DNA from: a virus
Lineage: Duplodnaviria; Caudoviricetes
Strand: one strand, 5' to 3'
IMG/VR virus record: IMGVR_UViG_3300027780_001348
Location: 1 to 57,527 of that record
Length of the DNA stretch: 57,527 nucleotides
Position 1 is the stretch's first letter. Every line of letters starts with the position of its first letter. A model generated the notes under the pieces. That model saw only the letters and a program-made list of their open reading frames with translations, searched no databases and had not been told where the DNA came from. The position numbers were made by a program, and so were the translations under genes. Of the stretch, positions 56,956 through 57,527 are shown in pieces.

Positions 56956-57527
56956 AATAACAGGAACACACTTAGGAATATTAATATTAGTAATGTACTT
57001 TGCGGCGCAGACTTGTATGGCTAACGAGATTTACATCAACCAGGCTGGTAATAACATTGACATGACTATTGTTCAAGATGGTGAGAATAATGTTATTAGT
57101 TCACTTACTGGTAACACCACTAAAGCCACAATCTCCGGTAATAACACAAGCACAACGTTTACACAAACAGGCGATAACAATGATATAGGAGTGTATATGA
57201 GTGCTGGCAATGGACAGCAGACAATTACACAAACAGGTAATACTAACTATGCTGTGTCAGACTGTCACGGCAACAACTGTTCGACAACCATTACACAAAA
57301 TGGTAACAACAACTCAGCAAATTTAGAGTTTGGTAACGGCGGTGATTACGATAACACTGGTACAATTACACAAGACGGCAACTACAATGCGGCTGGTATG
57401 GAAGCAAATGGTGATGACAATACTTTTGTTGTAGATCAAGACGGAGACAACAATGCTGTTGGAGGGATTACCGGTGCACCGATTACTGGTGATAATAATA
57501 TACTATCAATAACACAAGATGGCGACT
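56936..57527 (+). CDS. curlin-repeat protein (3' end outside the window)
   Basis: TTG start with GGGAG RBS (alternative ATG at 56993); NEIYINQAG then repeated TQTGDNN/TQNGNNN/TQDGNYN. Confidence 0.8.
   Translation, partial: MISFKNKITGTHLGILILVMYFAAQTCMANEIYINQAGNNIDMTIVQDGENNVISSLTGNTTKATISGNNTSTTFTQTGDNNDIGVYMSAGNGQQTITQTGNTNYAVSDCHGNNCSTTITQNGNNNSANLEFGNGGDYDNTGTITQDGNYNAAGMEANGDDNTFVVDQDGDNNAVGGITGAPITGDNNILSITQDGD

Overview
This AT-rich, gene-dense window comes from a large tailed (myovirus-like, distantly T4-related) bacteriophage. Evidence includes NrdA/NrdB/glutaredoxin, an ATP-dependent DNA ligase, endonuclease VII, a PAAR spike, a tail-spike beta-helix, TAAATA late-type promoters and many small ORFans. 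The host is most likely a marine alphaproteobacterium (Rhodobacterales-like), based on a permuted two-piece tmRNA with an ...APGMALAA tag, a C4-pathway ALA synthase, DUF1127 and a HemO+PcyX cassette. The window carries 9 tRNAs, a tmRNA and many host-like genes (metK, clpP, clpS, prs, guaC, rpsU, hsp20, csp, peroxiredoxin, hemA/C/E/F, heme oxygenase, bilin reductase, csgF/csgG/curlin). The strongest candidate for an undescribed system is at 39761-40473. A promoter drives a 20-codon leader peptide (MHKTAQQSFYWCPPTGRGLS) followed by mutually exclusive antiterminator/terminator hairpins, directly upstream of six tRNAs (Trp, Tyr, Pro, Ser, Gln, Cys) whose anticodons read the leader's sensor codons. 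This looks like a ribosome-stalling attenuator that switches on backup tRNAs when those tRNAs are depleted. Other candidates are a GANTC-rich iteron/origin-like region, a tandem kissing-loop leader upstream of a DUF1127 cluster, a -1 frameshift, a ROSE-like thermometer, leaderless late transcripts, and a capsid-targeting N-terminal motif on an NTase/RNA-ligase-like pair. All calls come from reading the sequence by eye; no searches or folding programs were run.
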